Shown: in pieces, positions 1-14,567 of the stretch
Layout of the letters: each line of letters begins with the position of its first letter
How positions within the stretch are numbered: position 1 is the stretch's first letter
Source of the DNA: Eledone cirrhosa
Lineage: Eukaryota
DNA: 64,000 nt
Assembly (NCBI GenBank): GCA_964016885.1
Contig: OZ024741.1
Location: 292,206,001-292,270,000 of the forward strand
Direction of reading: 5' to 3'
The notes under the pieces: model-generated
What the model saw: only the letters and a program-made list of their open reading frames with translations
Told to the model about the DNA's origin: nothing
The model's database searches: none
Made by a program: the position numbers and the translations under genes

Positions 1-144
1 TATGTCAACAAGGAGAGCAACAACAATATCATCAGGGACATATATTATATTTACACAGGGAACATGGCAATATTATATTCAATATTCATCTTTACATTGA
101 TATCTTTGATTTATTATATTGTCTAGGATATACGTGCATACCGG

Positions 145-186
145 TGTGTGTACATAGAAAACATATTTCACATCTATGTATACGTA

Positions 187-245
<59 letters not shown>

Positions 246-282
246 CCATAGAAAGCATATATTTCACATCTATGTATACGTA

Positions 283-369
<87 letters not shown>

Positions 370-426
370 ACATAGAAAACATATATTTCACATCTATGTA
401 TACGTATGTGTGTGTGTATATATATA
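145..426. repeat. Compound tandem repeat, 3 copies of a ~35-bp unique unit plus (TG)n(TA)n(TG)n
   Basis: CATAGAAAACATATTTCACATCTATGTATACGTATG recurs near 153, 247 and 371, separated by variable-length microsatellite. Confidence 0.9.
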
Positions 427-635
427 ATACTATAAAGAGAGACGAACACATATATACATATATGCGTTCAAATCACAAGGGACAAAAAACGCATTTGAAT
501 GAATAAGTGTATATATCGTGTTCGTCTATCGTTATGGTATTATTAGGCTCGAAACATTTTTTCCTTGAGCTACATGGATTATAAGGGACTAATTTGAGTT
601 TTTAAGTCAATATATACTTTTCATATATATATATA

Positions 636-937
636 GTTTTTGCGAGGTTTTTTATATGAAATCGTGTGTCGAAACAAATATTGTTATACTTGGGGAGGAA
701 ACAATAGCACCACTGACGATGTTGCAGATGTGCAACGAAAGAACTTTGATAGACTATATATATGTGTTTGTGTCTATATTGTATCTGTATTTTTGACCGT
801 TGGTCAGTCAATGGCAACATTGAGGAACGAATAGATTAAATTAACCGATATAAAAGATACAGAAGCGAAAACCAACCAAACTGTTATTAATTCTGGCAAT
901 ATTTCACAAATATGACCCTCCCCAAGTATAACAATAT
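636..937 (+). mobile_element. Penelope-like pseudo-LTR cassette ('MTLPKYNNI' family) with terminal inversion and decayed hammerhead
   Basis: Inverted repeat 678-698 / 917-937; CTGACGA-stem(GTTGCA/TGCAAC)-GAAA at 713-740; reverse-complement copy at 39248-39500; flanked by (TA)n. Confidence 0.65.
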
Positions 938-1086
938 ATATATATATATATATTGCCCATGGAGTACGCTGAGATACAACCGGTCCTGGCATTGATAAAT
1001 ATGGTGGGTCCATCAATTCCTTATTATATTTATCTATATATTTGTTTCCTCGGTCCGATTTGACGAAAGTCGATCGTTCCTATATA

Positions 1087-1133
<47 letters not shown>

Positions 1134-1209
1134 ATATGTATATATACATACACATATATGTATATGTGTATATATATGTATATGTGTATATATACACCTG
1201 TATATGTAT

Positions 1210-1810
1210 GTCAGGTCACCAGTTGGTGCTACTGGTAACATGTATCCCAGTATAACCTGTCTCATGGTCGGGTCGTTGGCGACTAAACTGGCAACCCCAC
1301 CAAGGTTTCTTGGTGAGGAGGGTGACTTTGGACATCCTGCAGGACTAAAAACAAAACCTGTCAAAGGGCAAAGGAGCTCTTGAGAGTCAATGTCCATCCC
1401 AAATCACCGGGAGAGATGACCCCTTAGCCTTTGTCAAGGCAGAATTCTAGGAGAAGGAAAACTCTGATATAACACCTGCAACCCTGATGGTATCCAATGA
1501 TGTTAACTTGTTCTTCTTTTTGGTAAATATCATCTTGGTTAAGAGAGTGGGACTGGCTTTGTGCAGTGCCTTTGCTCACTATAAAAGCTTCACGGCACAG
1601 GCATTGCTTTATATCTGGAGATCTCTCTGCACTTGTCATCACATGGGCCCAGCACTATGTGTCAATAATTGTCACAAGTGTAGTGTTTGTACCAGAGTTT
1701 TCAAGTCGCTGGCTGGACTAAAAAGTCACACTCGTTCAGCGCATCGGTAGGAGTTCTCCTACATGGATATAAAGTAGTGGCTGTACTCGAAAACGAGTTG
1801 GCAGCCACCA
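1210..1810 (+). mobile_element. Internally deleted non-autonomous RTE (BovB-like) retroelement
   Basis: RTE-type 5'UTR motif GGAGAAGGAAAACTCTGA (~1450); terminal C2H2 finger CSVCTRVFKSLAGLKSHTRSAHR* (ends 1750); 3' stem-loop GTGGCTG..CTCG-AAAA-CGAG..CAGCCAC. Confidence 0.6.
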
Positions 1811-1824
1811 TATGTATGCATATA

Positions 1825-2253
1825 TGTGATGGCTGCAAACTCTGCTAAGAGCATTACAATCGCTTGTCAAATTATAGAATTTGGTGCCCTTTTAGGCTAC
1901 CGCTAGCCACACGATCCTGTAACATGTCCTGAACAAGCAATGCCTGTGCTTTGAAGGGTTTTTTAAGTGGGGAAAGGATTTGCACTCGACCAATCCCACT
2001 CTCTGAGCATCGAAAACATTACCCGAAAAGGAGAAGATGATCAGATGCCTCCAAAGACGCAGGTTTCCCTCTCCTAGAAAGGTGCTGTGCAGCAACTGGG
2101 GGCCTTTCACTCCCAAGTGAAAAAAAAAAGAACTACTATTTGCATGGCAGTTGACTCTGCTGAGTTCCTCCGCCCTTTGTTGGGTCTTGTATTTCATCCC
2201 TCGCCAAGCTTGTGTTACATGTTACCAGTAGCACTCGAGAGCGACCTGACATA
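1825..2253 (-). mobile_element. Second RTE-derived non-autonomous element, tail-to-tail with the 1210-1810 copy
   Basis: The minus-strand 5' end TGTCAGGTCGCTCTCGAGTGCTACTGGTAACATGT matches 1210-1243; also has CTAGGAGAGGGAAAC and a GCAGCCA 3' end. Confidence 0.55.
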
Positions 2254-2293
2254 ATGCATATATATATACATGTATATGTACATGTATATATAT

Positions 2294-2346
<53 letters not shown>

Positions 2347-2361
2347 ATTGTATATATGTAA

Positions 2362-2417
<56 letters not shown>

Positions 2418-3272
2418 CGAAGGAAGTGTGGTACGGAACCAGGTGGACCATAGCACTCGAGAGCGACCTGACATAATGCATATTATATACATGCATATGT
2501 ACATGTATATATATATATATTTCTATATATATATTGTTATACTTTGGGAGGGTCATGTTATATATATATATAGTAATAATAATAAATTTGAAGACTGAAA
2601 TCCAAAGAGGGCTCGATAAGGATAAATATGTATCAAATATATAAGAACCGTAGAGCAAATATTTATTAAAATAACAGATTAAAGTTTAAGCAAAGAATCG
2701 CTGCTTTCACCCTTAACGGGATCTTGTGAAACTAACAAAGTCAATCTGTAAACGCAGGACTGGATATTTCAAAAAACGTTGCAACCGGAGGAAGACAAGG
2801 AGACGATACTTTGGTTCGTGGAAACGTTCCCTGGCAAAGAACGGGAAAAAACGAATATAATACGTAATTAATAGGAGCGGTGAAAAAAAATTACGCGCAA
2901 AGACAGAACCACGTTTATGGTATAAAAGAGGTCGTAGGCTAATGTTCTCTTAGGTGGTTCATAGAGACGTTCTCTGACAATGAACGAAGAAAAAACTAAG
3001 CTAATACGTCATATGTGGAGCGTGGAGAACAATAGCACGCAAAGACAAAACCACGTAAATGGTATAGCAGAAGTCGTAGACTAAAATTTTAACTAGGAGA
3101 CCGAATGAATCTCCGCTACAGAGTTAAGAACAAAGTAAATAAATACAATACAGAAGTAATATAAATAAATAAATACATACACGCAAACAAATACGTACAT
3201 ACACAAGCATACGCAAAAACTACCATAGGTATACAAAACCACGCACATATAAATATGTGTGTGTGTATATGT

Positions 3273-3337
<65 letters not shown>

Positions 3338-3822
3338 AACCAGTAAGACCCCGACAGCTGAGCTCAAGCCGTTTCGACGGCTATATGTAAGTTCATTAAA
3401 TAAATAAATCTCGCTACCTCAACCTTTAATTCTCTAATAACTTATTTGCAATTTAATATTTTTAATTTAATTTCATCCTATAACTCGCAACATAAGTTTA
3501 ACGTTCCAATCTTCGGTTCAGACATTAGACCATACAGACACCCATTATAGATTCTTTAGAGTAGCATTTTTTCGCGGCATTTTCTACCACGAATGTAGTG
3601 TGACCCTTACACTAACTTCTTTTTCCCTTTCTTTCTTCCCCTTTTTCTTTGACGGAGAGGTGGTAGTGCATTATAAGCCTTCGCCCCCTCACCAGATATT
3701 CATTAGTAGCTTCAGTTGCCGACACTTTGAGGGAGACTGGCCGAGCAGCTAGTTGGTCAGTCGTCCTCTCTGTCTCTGTCTCTGATTTTTCGGACCCATG
3801 GTTTTTTACATATTCCTTTCCA

Positions 3823-3880
3823 ATACCTGATGATATCACCGGATTCATATGGAACCCGGTCATTGAAATGATCATAGTAT
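3823..3880 (+). ncRNA. Type I hammerhead ribozyme (minimal, palindromic stem III)
   Basis: ATAC-CTGATGA-(ACCGG..CCGGT stem II)-GAAA-TGATCA-TA-GTAT; same family as 48291 and 48494. Confidence 0.75.
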
Positions 3881-3929
3881 AATAAACCTTTCACGGATTT
3901 ACACCAGTCCAGCCTCCTTTTATTTTATT

Positions 3930-3980
<51 letters not shown>

Positions 3981-3983
<3 letters not shown>

Positions 3984-4182
3984 CGAAGGAAGTGTGGTAA
4001 GGAACCAGGTGGACCATAACGCACCAGAGTACTCAATATAAGGGTAGTAGAGTGGGTAATAGGAAATTGTTCAAGACCCCGATGGCAGAGCTCCAGCCGC
4101 TTCGACGGCTATTTCTGGACGTCTAGAAATGGCCGTCGAAACGGCTTGAACTCTGCTGCCGGGGTCTTGAACAATTTCCTAT
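3981..4182 (-). mobile_element. Short (TA)n-embedded element with terminal ~120-bp palindrome (putative PLE pLTR remnant)
   Basis: Palindrome ~4060-4181; homologous copies at 19823-20020 and 9525-9722, partial copies at 2414-2450 and 3334-3382. Confidence 0.65.
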
Positions 4183-4676
4183 ATATATATACTAGAACTG
4201 TTTCATTCGGGAGAAATCATCATAATCATATATATATTTTATTTTATTATTAAACTAATAATACGATGCAGCATAACTGCTAGAGATTAGTCACGATTTC
4301 GATTTATCAGGGTCAATCATCGTTCTGAAACGATCGTAAAACAATGAAATTATAAAGAACTAATCTTCGACTTTTGTTTTCAGTTTTCAACCTTTATATA
4401 TATATGATTCTGTAGCACCTCTGGATGCTCAACGAAATCTAATATGATAATATCCTACTGCAAAAACAGACATTCTTCTCACCTGCTGTAGTTGGAATTT
4501 GTACCTCCGTACATGGAGTTCTATCAGCGTTATTGGCCCTACCATAGACAGGTCGATGAGAGTGTGCGTGTATACATGTATATATATATATATATATAGA
4601 GAGAGAGACATACATCCATATATACATATATTTGTATATATATATATATATATATATGTGTGTCTATCTATCTATC

Positions 4677-5850
4677 TTCGGACCCGTGTTCAGGGGCTGG
4701 ATTGCTGCAATGCACAACAGCAACATCTGCTCAAGGGTCAAGGTGAACGGCTACCTCTCGGAGCCGTTCCATATTACGCGATCCATTCGACAGGGATGCC
4801 CTCTCTCCTCCCTTCTGTACGTACTGACTCTCGAGCCACTACTGCGGAAGTTGGAGCTATTGCAGGGCATCCCTCTGGAACCGGGACTGCGGAAAGCGGC
4901 GTCGGCCTACGCCGACGACGTGACAGTAATGGTGTCGAGCGCCTCGCAAATCGAGGAAGTCGGCACCTTACTGTAGGAATACGAAAGGTTCACAGGAGCG
5001 AAGCTGAACCGGGACAAGTCCATCGGTTTGCAACTCGGATCGTGGAGAGGCAAACCGATGCCTTCCGATGGCGTCGTCGGACGCTGGACGGAAGGACCGG
5101 TAAAGCTGCTCGGGGTCTGGTTTGGTCCGGACCTCCAGGTGGAGAAGAACTGGAACGAAGTGGGCCGAGTGCAAACTATCAAAAAAGATCTGTCCGAGGT
5201 GCGTGCGAGACGAAGAAACCGTCGCGCACGCATTCATACTCTGCCCGGGCGTCACTGACCTGTGGGGCTATGTAGAACGACTATTGTCGCGGGTGGGACC
5301 AATCCGGTTGACCACCGAGTCCATTGTCATGATCAAACCGCCACCCTCCTTCAAAAACGAAGGAGAGGGGGCGGTTTTCCTCTGTGTGATAGCTATGGCG
5401 AAACAGGTTGTATGGTGGACAAGGTTGAAAGGGCTGAGGTCAGACACCTTTCTCTCCGGCCAACAACTAATTCTTTTTTTCAAATACCACTCTGGAAGAA
5501 GAATCAGGATGGAGAGAGAGGTGCTGTACCCCAGCAAGTTTTATGAAAGGTGGGTGAAAGTGGCGAGAATGGCCCGAGTGAATGGGCCTTCTCTCTATAT
5601 CAGCCTGTAGGTTGAGGAAAAGGAGGAGGAGAGGAAAGGAGTACAAACTCTTCGTACTCCTGGAGATGAGGATTGCACATTTTTTCGGGGGTATGTGTTA
5701 CCCATATAAACTGTCTCCCCCTATTGGGGAAAATCGACTAACTTTTTAAATTGCATTTGTGATAACATTTTACACGTTTTTATTGTATGTAAACATCCCC
5801 CTTTGTATTTGTCCCCTTCATTTGTGCCCCTGTGGCTAATAAAAAACATA
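4677..5850 (+). mobile_element. Tx1-clade non-LTR retrotransposon, 5'-truncated and internally deleted
   Basis: RT motifs RSIRQGCPLS and AYADDV; C-terminal CPRC..ETVAHAFILC; stop codons; deletion junction near 5163; 3' end CCCTGTGGCTAATAAA. Confidence 0.9.
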
Positions 5851-5873
5851 TCTATCAATCTCTCTCTCATTCC

Positions 5874-5979
<106 letters not shown>

Positions 5980-6347
5980 TATTCAAAATATTAACAAATG
6001 AAAAATATTCTCATAATCAAAATATAAACTTTATTATATATATTTCAAAGGTACTGTGTTGTTTTTTCAGTACGTCCTCATCAGATAAAATATATGATTT
6101 GATATATGACATACCGCTACGGTCTTGATTATTCAATTCCAGTATTGGCAGTCATATATATATATATATATATATGTGTGTATGAATGAAGTAATTCCGT
6201 CGTAAAGGTCCAGGAAAAAAGAGTGCTCTATGTAGTTACAGAGCTTATTTGTTATGTAATAAGCAACATAAGATAAATATTTCATTTACCAGTGGTTTCT
6301 TGAAAGCAACCAAATTTGCTTTCAGTCATCAGAATGAAAAAATCCTG

Positions 6348-6408
<61 letters not shown>

Positions 6409-6789
6409 GTGGGCGGCTCAAGCTCAGAAAATAACTGCAATTACAATCATAAAATGGCCCATAAACATTGGGCAATGACACCTACAAACGAGAAAAAGGT
6501 GTTGCCAGTGGCTTCTACGAGGAATCGAGCTCCGTATTTCTCAGGTACTGGCTGAGTGCTCTCACCATTGATATTTGTTTCCTGTGTAACCAGATATCCG
6601 GCAGCTCAGTGGTGAGACAAGCAAACATTTGTACCTTACTTTAGGTGCTTAACACGAAAGGTATTCTAACATGTAATTCAACCTCAAAAGGTTTTGTTCA
6701 ACCAATTCCAGCATTGGAACAGATAATGTGTGGAGGGGGGGGGGGGGGGGGGGGGGGGGGTGAGTGTAAAAGGTAAACAGAAATAACAC

Positions 6790-8700
6790 AATCGGTACAG
6801 TATATGGAAGGGATATATTAGGTTAACGCTTGATATAGCAGGAAAAGTGTCTTAACGTTTCGGACGCTAGTCCTTCATCAGAAGAAAGAATGAGAAATAA
6901 GATAGATTGAGGGGACAGGCGGGTTGGAACTGGAAAAAATGTCTTTAGATAAAAATAACAGGTCCATTCGTGTTGACATCTCTTGCAAAACTGTTGGTGC
7001 TGGCGTTTTGTGTATGATTTATTTTTTTAGAAAAGTGGATGATGGAGCGCGTCTACCTGAAATGGAAAAAAAATACCGTTTTGTAAAAAGAGCTATACTT
7101 GTGCACGTGCGTAAGCATGTGAGTGTGTGTGTGTGGGGGGGGGGGTTATTATACGTCCATACGAAGCTAAGAAGAAATGTGTGTGTTTATGTGAGTAAAA
7201 GAGTGTGTGTACATGTAAGTATGAAGTTATGAGCATAAGTATGTTAATACAAGGGTGTGTATGTGTGTATACAGAGCCGTGCAGGGAAAAGTGGAGTGAG
7301 CATATATAGTCGGTCTGTATTAGTTGTAAGAGAAGATGTTAATGATCAAGATAGAGTGATAGGATTCTTGGGGTGAATGTACAAGCGCGTATGATAATGG
7401 GCGGGGTATTAGACAAATTGGGGAGGTGGGTTGAGTCCAAGCGGGGAATGACCCAAGGCGGTGAATCAGACTTTGTTCAGTCCTAGTGCGCGAGGCCTGT
7501 GATCCATGATGTAAAAGGACACTCAGGACTGAAACATGTAGGGAAGAATGACCAGGAGAACATAAATGACGGGAGACAGGAGTATCTAAACCGGGTCGTT
7601 TGTCCCTCAAATGCTCATCAAAACTGTCCGCCATACGGCGTCCCGTTTGTCCGATGTATAAAGAACCGCAAAGGGAACACCGGAGGGCATAGACAATGTG
7701 GGTAGCTGTGCAGATGAAAGAGTGGTGGATACGGAAAGACCCGTTAGGGCCTGTAAGAGTGGTGTAGGGTGGAAATGAAGGGACAAGTGTTGCAGCAGGA
7801 ACGGGAACAAGGATGAGAGCCAGGTGGAGTTGTGGGAGAGGACGAGAAGGAACTGCGAACCAGGAGGTCGCGGAGGTTGCGGGCGCGCTTAAAAGCAGTA
7901 ATGGGTGGGTTTGGAAAAAAAGCAAGAAGTGACGGAGTCAGAAGAGAGGATACGGAAGGAACGGAGGATATGTAACCGGAGTGGTAGGGTGATGGAGTGG
8001 TAGGTTAGAGGGAAAGGAACGCGTGTGTTGGGAGGGCTGTGGTGCGGTCCGTTTCACGGGCGCGTGTGAGAGCGACTTGGATAAGGGTGGGGGATATCCA
8101 CGCTGGATGAAGCAGGAAGCCATGCAAAGGGAATGGGTTTCGAAATCGTAGTCCTGGCCGCAGAGCCGACGAAGACGGAAGAATTGGGAATAGGGTATGG
8201 AGTGTTTGGTGTGGGTTGGATGGGAGGAGATGAAGTCGAGGTAAGATTGGGAGTCTGTTTAATGAAGATGGAATTAGAGAGGGTGCGGTGAGAGTGACTA
8301 ATAGATACAGAGATATCTAGAAAAACGACAGAAGAATCGGAGACGGAGGCGGTGAAAGTGAGAGCAGGGTGGAAAGATTGGACAAAAGAAAGAAAACAGT
8401 AGAGCTGCTCTCGTGATAGATAGGTGGCGCCGATAAGGTCGTCCATATAACGACCGTATAGCTCAGGAGTCGGTCCAGCGTACTGGGAGAAGATCTGGGC
8501 TTCGACGTAGCCAACAAACAGGTTGGTATAGTTGGACCCATTCTGGTTCCCATCGCTACCCCCCAGAGACCTGCTGATAGAATTCACCCGAAAAAGAAAA
8601 TCCATTAAGGGTGAGAACAAGCTCAGCCAGACGGAGAAGAGTGGTACTGCTGGGATAGGGCGTAAGTCTAAAAAATATTGGAGAGCACGAAAGCCGTCGT
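6790..8700 (-). mobile_element. Penelope-like retroelement (RT + GIY-YIG), 5'-truncated and frameshifted
   Basis: RT motifs MGTRMGP / NLFVGYVE / RYMDDL / FLDISV (8054-8758); GIY-YIG VYALRCSLCGSLYIGQTGRR..EHLR (7320-7925); downstream hammerhead at 6850-6885. Confidence 0.92.
6850..6885 (-). ncRNA. Minimal hammerhead ribozyme in the 3' pLTR of the Penelope-like element
   Basis: Minus strand: TCTT-CTGATGA-AGGAC-TAGC-GTCC-GAAAC-GTT-AAGA; palindromic ACGT stem III. Confidence 0.8.
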
Positions 8701-8958
8701 GTGTCTGTGTGTGTGTGTGTGTGTAGGGTATACGTAGATTAAAAGCCAAGGAAAACAATGCTCAATCTAGTACAAGAGAGCTTATTTAGTTCATATTAAA
8801 ATTTCATACACTTATATTTGTCCTTGCGCCTGATGTGCGAGGCCAGTTTTAGAACGATTCTTCCACTATACAATGGCGGCTATAATTGGGTTCCGAAACC
8901 TAAGGTCCCTCTTACATATTGAATGTATGAAATTTAATATAAACTATATATATATGTG

Positions 8959-9041
<83 letters not shown>

Positions 9042-9441
9042 TATATATATATATATAAAATTATATATGTATATATATATATATATATATATGTATGTTT
9101 TTGTGTGTTGTGCATATGTCTAAGTGTAGGCCTGCATGCATGTGTGCAGGCATACCGCTGCTTATAAAAACCTAATTAAAAAGAGAACCTATACACACAC
9201 AGCCCAGCACACCACAACATACATCCTCAATTTCTTTAACCTCTGTGGGCCTCACCCCTAATTATTTTTTCCATTCTTCATCTTAGAATTGCTCCAGTAC
9301 ATACTGCCAAAGACAACTTATTGGCACTGTTGAGTTGTTTAATCTTAACAGCTCAACAATGCCAACCTTGGACATAAGCTGCCAAATTTTAAACATTCAA
9401 AAATTAATGTCTGAAGTAGAGTATTGTATGTGTGTGTGTGC

Positions 9442-9524
<83 letters not shown>

Positions 9525-9527
<3 letters not shown>

Positions 9528-9722
9528 GAAAAGAGTCAGGCCCATGACGGGTGAGCTCCGGCCGTTGCGACAGCTAGATCCGATTCGGATATAGCTGTCC
9601 AATTGACCGGAGCTCAGCCGTCGGGCTCCCGACTCTTTTTTCCTATTACCCACTCTACTACCCTAAGTATTGAATACTCTGGAGCGTTAGGATGCACCTA
9701 GTATCTTACCACACCCTCATTG
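9525..9722 (+). mobile_element. Diverged copy of the 3981-4182 palindromic family
   Basis: Palindrome ~9525-9645 followed by CCTATTACCCACTCTACTACCCTAAGTATTGAATAC, then long (TA)n. Confidence 0.65.
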
Positions 9723-9978
<256 letters not shown>

Positions 9979-10143
9979 ATGTGTGTGTGTGTGTATGCGT
10001 GCGTGTGTGTGTGTGTGTGTGTGAGTCTTGTTTGATAGAGAATAAATTAAAAATATCGGTAGGACTAAAGACCTTTGAAGGGATAAAATATTTGGGCTCA
10101 AAACTATTAGAACGGAGGAAGCATAAATCTTTCCAGGTGTCTA

Positions 10144-10162
10144 CCAGCACCACTACTACTGT

Positions 10163-10206
<44 letters not shown>

Positions 10207-10370
10207 ACAACACCACTACTACTCCTATTACCACTATCACTACTACTACTTCTACTATCACTAATACTACTTCTACTTCCACCACCAGTACTACTACTTT
10301 TACTATGATCATCACTATTACTACTTCTATTTTTACTGTCACCAATACTACTAGTTCTACTAGCACCACC

Positions 10371-10411
<41 letters not shown>

Positions 10412-10445
10412 AACTACTAATACACAAACAACAACAACAAACAAT
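10144..10445. repeat. Degenerate (ACT)n/(ACC)n/(AAC)n trinucleotide tract
   Basis: Direct observation; gives spurious poly-T/V/S ORFs. Confidence 0.95.
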
Positions 10446-10449
10446 AAAT

Positions 10450-11135
10450 ATTTCTAATTTAGGTAATATTGGAGGGAGAAGAAAGGATTAAATCGATTTC
10501 AATACTTATGTTGCACTTTATTTTATCGACCCTGGAATGATGAAAGGTAAAATTGATTTTGGTGGGATTTGAACATAGAATGTGAGAAAGCCTGAAGAAA
10601 TGTCGATTGACATTTTGTCACATTCTAAAGACTCTGACAATCTACCACAACAATAACAATAATCATAATAATAATCGTTTCTACTTTAGGCAAAAGGCCA
10701 GAAATTTGAAGAGGGGGAGGGGGAGGGAAATTCGATTAAATCCACCCCATTGCATTACTGGTGCTTTATTTTATCGACCTCGTAAGAATGAAAAGCAAAG
10801 CTAAGCTCGGCGGATTTGAAATCAGAACATAAAGGGCCATAACTCTATGCCGCGAAGCATGGTGTCCGGTGCTCTATCGATACTGCCAACCCACCGCCCT
10901 AACAATAATAATAATAATTGTTTTTACTATAGGCACAAGGTCAGAAATTTGAAGGGGGAGGGAAAATTCGATTAAATCGACACCAGTGGATTACTGGTAC
11001 TTTATTTTATCGACCTCGTAAAGATGAAAGGCAAAGCGAACCTCAGCGGGATCTGAACTCGGAACGTAAAGGGACGTAACTATATGCTTCTCGTCCGACC
11101 GACACTCTAACGATTCTGCCAATCCACCAATAATA
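10450..11135 (-). mobile_element. Cluster of three tandem tRNA-derived SINEs (octopus OK-like, Deu/Nin-type core)
   Basis: Each has B-box GTTCAAATCC-like sequence, core GCCTTTCATC..GGTCGATAAAATAAAG and tail GGCCTTGTGCCTAAAGTAGAAAC, separated by (AAT)n. Confidence 0.85.
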
Positions 11136-12918
11136 ATAATAATAATAATTTCTTAGTTATTTTAGTTAATGATGTTGATGATACTACAAAGATGAGATAT
11201 TTGGGAAAATAATTGTTTCTACTTTTTGGCACAAGAAAATAATAAACAATAGACAATAACGACAGTGATAAATACCATCATCATCATCATCATCACCTTC
11301 ATCGTTGCCACAACATGTTTTATGTCCAGTTATCCGCACTGGTGTATTTTAGATACAATTCTTCTCAGGCAGAATTCTATCACCAGATGCTCTTCCTGGT
11401 ACCAGCTTTTACATTTTTTACTAAAGAAGTACAAGTCTACACTTCTACCTGTTGAGCAGTATAATCTTTGTTTATGTGAACAAATCACCACCTGTGATGT
11501 CAAGCATGGTGAGAAAGGACAAGGCAATCAAACATGCAGACACATTCACACATGTATAGATACATATATGACAGGCATCTTTACAGTTTCTATTTGTCAA
11601 ATTTACTCACAAAGCTGACCTGAAGTTGTAGTAGAAAACATTTTCTCATGGTCCAATGCATGGCTACATAGATATAAAGTGAATCACAAGCTATAGCCCA
11701 TGCCTAAAGCAATAACTATATAGAACAACAATATAACAACAAGAAAGGAAATAAAAAATATGAGACAACCATATCTTAAGACGGCTGCAAACTATGAAAA
11801 CATGCATAAATACGAGGCCCGATCTTATCAGCTACTGTCCTCATTTGCTGAAATACATCCTACATAATTGGAAGAAGCCTGGATAATATCTAGATAGCCA
11901 CAAACTTTGCACTCTGAGCTTGCTTGTACCACTCATTTTAAAACTTTCTTCTATAATATCTTTCTAACTCACAAGAAAAAAAAACAAGCCCTCTCTTGTA
12001 TGAAGCTCTAACCTTTATAATATTTATCTAGGACATAAGAAAACATTTAGGTAAGAACTTGCTATACATTTCCAGCCCTTATAATAGATTCCCCAACCCT
12101 AAGAATGAACAAATTTCTATTTTGCACAGGTTTAAGCAAGAATTATCTTCCCTTATTTAACTGACAACCAAGACGAACTCTGTTTTCTCTCCTTCCATAG
12201 GACCTCACTTGTAGAACTTTAATCTTAACAACAACCATACTAAGCATGTTAGACTGACGAGCTGCAGAAATAATAAATTCAACAGATGAAAATGTAAATT
12301 TAGCCACATTTTGTGTAATACAACTCATCATGCAGACTGAGTATGTATGTGTGTTTGTGAATCAAAAAACATTGACCAAGCAAAAAAGACTGTCGTATAA
12401 AATACACAGTAATATATGGATGAATCAACAAATATAGGAAATCTCATTTTATTGCGTATTAGCTATGTTACTCCTCAGGGTTAATCACTTGACTATGGTC
12501 GCACAACTGATTATGAAAACAGCAAAGTGTAGAGAAAGAATATAGAGAGTTAATCGAGGATTATGACTAGAGAACATTACTTCCCTCTCTAGACTCATCC
12601 ACTTCTTTAGGTGATACTTGAAGATGTTGATGAGGGCATTGCCTGAGGGAAGACCTTTCAATAACAAACTGCATCCACCACAAAACTTTCCTTCACCATA
12701 CCCACCAAGTAGAAAACTCTTTTAATTCTGTATGTGTGTTTGTGCAGAAATATATGCTCAAGCATGCCACACACTTACACCATATCACATACATAGACAT
12801 GTGTATGTATACATAAATACACACACACACATATATGTGTGTGTGTATTTATGTATGTGTATGTATATATATATATATATATATAGCGAGAGCAAGAGAT
12901 ACACATATATACACACAT

Positions 12919-12957
<39 letters not shown>

Positions 12958-12980
12958 CATATAATACACACACATATATA

Positions 12981-13032
<52 letters not shown>

Positions 13033-13304
13033 CAGACACATACAGACACACACACTACACACATATATATATACGTATATATTTTTACATACACCCACAC
13101 AATCTCTCTCTCTCTCTCTCACACACACATGTAATTAAACCATTTTAGTAGACAAGGTGAAAGGATGATTGAATTCTGTGCATCATATGTGATTGGTGCA
13201 TGGTGTTCAGTAATTTTACTCTCCTTAACAGCAAGTCATGGATGGCTGAAGCCATTCCTTTCTACTCTTATACATGTAATGAGGCATGTAGGTAATATTG
13301 AGAG

Positions 13305-13695
13305 AGAGGTGGGGAGAGTGACGGGGAGAGTGAAATAGAGAGAGAGGTTGGAGTGAGAGAGAGAGTGTGAGCTAGAGAGAGAGGTCGGAGTGAGAGAGAG
13401 TGTGTGAAATAGAGAGAGAGGTGGCAGTGGGAGAGAAAGTGTGAGATAGACAGAGAGGTGGCAGTGATAGAGAGTGTGTGAGATAGAGAGAGAGGTGGCA
13501 GTAAGAGAGAGAGAGTGTGAGATAGAGATAGAGGTGGCAGTGAGAGAGAGAGAGAGTGTGAGATAGAGAGAGAAAGGTGGCAGTGAGAGAGAGAGAGTGT
13601 GAGATAGAGAGAGAAAGGTGGCAGTGAGAGAGAGTGTGTGAGATAGAGAGAGAGGTGGAAGTGAATGAGAAAGTGTGAGATAGAGAGAGAGGTGG

Positions 13696-13752
<57 letters not shown>

Positions 13753-13760
13753 GGCAGTGA
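13305..13760. repeat. GA-rich minisatellite, ~38-40-bp unit GAGAGGTGGCAGTGAGAGAGAGAGTGTGAGATAGAGAG
   Basis: About 10 visible copies, grading into (GA)n. Confidence 0.9.
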
Positions 13761-14488
13761 GGGAGAAGGAGAAAGAGGAAATGAGATGAGGTGTATCTGA
13801 AAGAGAGTTGGAGCGATGGAGTGAAGGAGAGAGAGATAGAGAGAGAGAGATGGGGAGTGAGTGAAAGAAAGGTGGAGTTGGGGAGATGGAGAGAAACAGA
13901 GAGAGAGAGACTGATGGGAGCGAGTGTGAAAGAGTGATGAAGACAGAAGGGTGAAGATGGAGAGAGTGACTGAGAGAGAAGTAACTAGGAGCTGACTAGA
14001 GAAAGATAGAATTGAAGTGTGAGAAGAGGAATGGATTAAAAGGAGAAGGGGAGAGAGGGTGAGGGATAAAGATATGTAGAAACTGTCTAAGGTGGGGGAG
14101 GGGAGATGACGAAAGCTGAGTGAGAGACGGGGATATAGAAGACTAAAGAGAAAGAGAGAGAGAGAGAGAGGAGGAGAAAGAATGACATAACTAGGGAGCA
14201 TGAGGTGAAGGTGTGATGAAGAGAGGCCATATAAAGGTTGGTGCGTTGGAACATGAAACAAAACAAAACATGTGTTCTAAAGATATTCCATCTTCCTTTT
14301 CTTTCTAGAGAAGCAAATTATTTAATATACTTAGTAATCTTCCATTATGTCTCCTAATATTTATTATACATGAATTGGTTATATATATATAATATATACA
14401 TACATATATCTACATAAATATATATACACATATATATATATACATATAATACATATATTTACATAAATATATATACACATATATATAT

Positions 14489-14567
<79 letters not shown>

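Noticed and set aside
1-40. Minus-strand CTGATGA at 29-35
   Set aside because: The rest of a possible hammerhead would lie outside the window
2695-2735. Stem-GAAA motif resembling a hammerhead (also 4280-4340 and 8885-8910)
   Set aside because: CUGAnGA core or stem I absent
6510-6572. tRNA-like sequence on the minus strand
   Set aside because: Acceptor and D arms incomplete, non-canonical anticodon loop; a SINE head or pseudogene at best
12254-12280. CTGACGA-GCTGCA-GAAA hammerhead-like core
   Set aside because: No stem I or III pairing; similar rejects at ~42040, ~45495 and ~53985
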